Of a stretch of 64,000 bases of DNA, positions 63,300-64,000 are shown in pieces. This DNA is from a virus. The first letter of the stretch is position 1. Each line of letters opens with the position of its first letter. A model generated the notes under the pieces. That model saw nothing but the letters and a program-made list of their open reading frames with translations, made no database searches and was not told the origin of the DNA. The stretch lies in IMG/VR virus record IMGVR_UViG_3300021185_002756, positions 34,238-98,237 of that record, one strand, 5' to 3'. Both the position numbers and the translations under genes were made by a program.

Positions 63300-64000
63300 T
63301 TAGCGTCGTTTGAAGATTTTTGTTCGACGTAAAAACTCGTAAAATTCGTTCTGTAAGCCCGATTTACGCATCTGTAGCATAAGTCTATCACGTATAACAT
63401 TCTTATCCCTAGGTACAATACGTTCCCAATTAGCAATTTGTCTACGCATTTGTATCAGTGGTGCTGGTAAAAAATCTACCATGTTACGTTGTAGCATGAG
63501 CATCATGTAACTGTAATCACTGTTTTGAAATTCTCTCTTTGCAATATTACGCAAGTTACGTTTTAATCTTAGTTCAGGGATGGTAATTTGTACATTCTGT
63601 GCAATACGATCTTTGAACTTTTCTGGTTTCATTATCATTGCAATAACATTATACAAGTCAGGTTGGCTAGTTCTAAACCCAGGCCAGTTTTGCAGTTTCA
63701 TTATGTCACCAGCAATACGTCTGGCATAGTCTGGATCACTGTTTGCAAGTATCTGCAACGCCAGCAGTTGCTCAAACAACTGCTCACCTAGTTGACTTTG
63801 TTTCAGTCCGTTAAGTTGTCTTGGTGTTCTGTATGCACGACTTTCACTTAACCAGTCAAAAGCAATTTTTTCTTTTTCAGTGCTTTCTGATAGTCCTTTG
63901 ACACGTGCGATAGCATTCCATCTTTGACTTACAGTGTCTACCCATTCCCATTTGTCGCCTGTAAATGCACTTATACCTTTTACAAATATATCCCATTCGC
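63300..64000 (-). CDS. Partial hypothetical phage protein (continues beyond window)
   Basis: Frame stays open from 63300 to the window edge (...WLSESRAYRTP...). Confidence 0.75.
   Translation of the reverse strand, partial: EWDIFVKGISAFTGDKWEWVDTVSQRWNAIARVKGLSESTEKEKIAFDWLSESRAYRTPRQLNGLKQSQLGEQLFEQLLALQILANSDPDYARRIAGDIMKLQNWPGFRTSQPDLYNVIAMIMKPEKFKDRIAQNVQITIPELRLKRNLRNIAKREFQNSDYSYMMLMLQRNMVDFLPAPLIQMRRQIANWERIVPRDKNVIRDRLMLQMRKSGLQNEFYEFLRRTKIFKRR

Noticed and set aside
1-64000. Alternative genetic code, tRNA or rRNA genes
   Set aside because: Conserved genes are intact under the standard code using all three stops; no cloverleaf or rRNA-like segment was seen

Overview
64 kb segment of a large, AT-rich (roughly 35% GC by eye), densely coding dsDNA tailed-phage genome with T4-like or jumbo-phage organisation. 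It is probably marine and probably infects an alphaproteobacterium (inference from DUF1127, an alpha-type porin, a ROSE-like leader and -AA degrons). Layout: (1) 1-8.6 kb, a + strand sugar/small-molecule modification operon (SDR epimerase, nucleotide-sugar dehydrogenase, two paralogous methyltransferases, sulfotransferase-like proteins, Na+/solute symporter, 2OG-Fe oxygenase, APS-kinase-like protein, HxGH nucleotidyltransferase). (2) 8.6-19 kb, small early genes driven by a repeated sigma70 promoter+RBS cassette, including an uncalled ArfA-like peptide and a structured-RNA-led micro-ORF operon (DUF3563/DUF1127). (3) 19-30 kb, glyA, uvsE and a second modification cluster (amidinotransferase, 2OG-Fe oxygenase, Ugd, GT-like protein, sulfotransferase, methyltransferase). 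(4) 30-45 kb, envelope proteins (Cys-repeat protein trio, porin, FG-GAP lipoprotein/autotransporter-like protein) and a proteostasis set (ClpS, Hsp20 with ROSE-like leader, ClpX). (5) 45-64 kb, DNA ligase, PAAR, second amidinotransferase, glutaredoxin, nrdAB, tail-spike-like protein, exonuclease and late virion genes preceded by a TAAATA late-promoter motif. No tRNA, rRNA, CRISPR array, intron or IS element was recognised. All family assignments are from motif recognition by eye, not from database searches.
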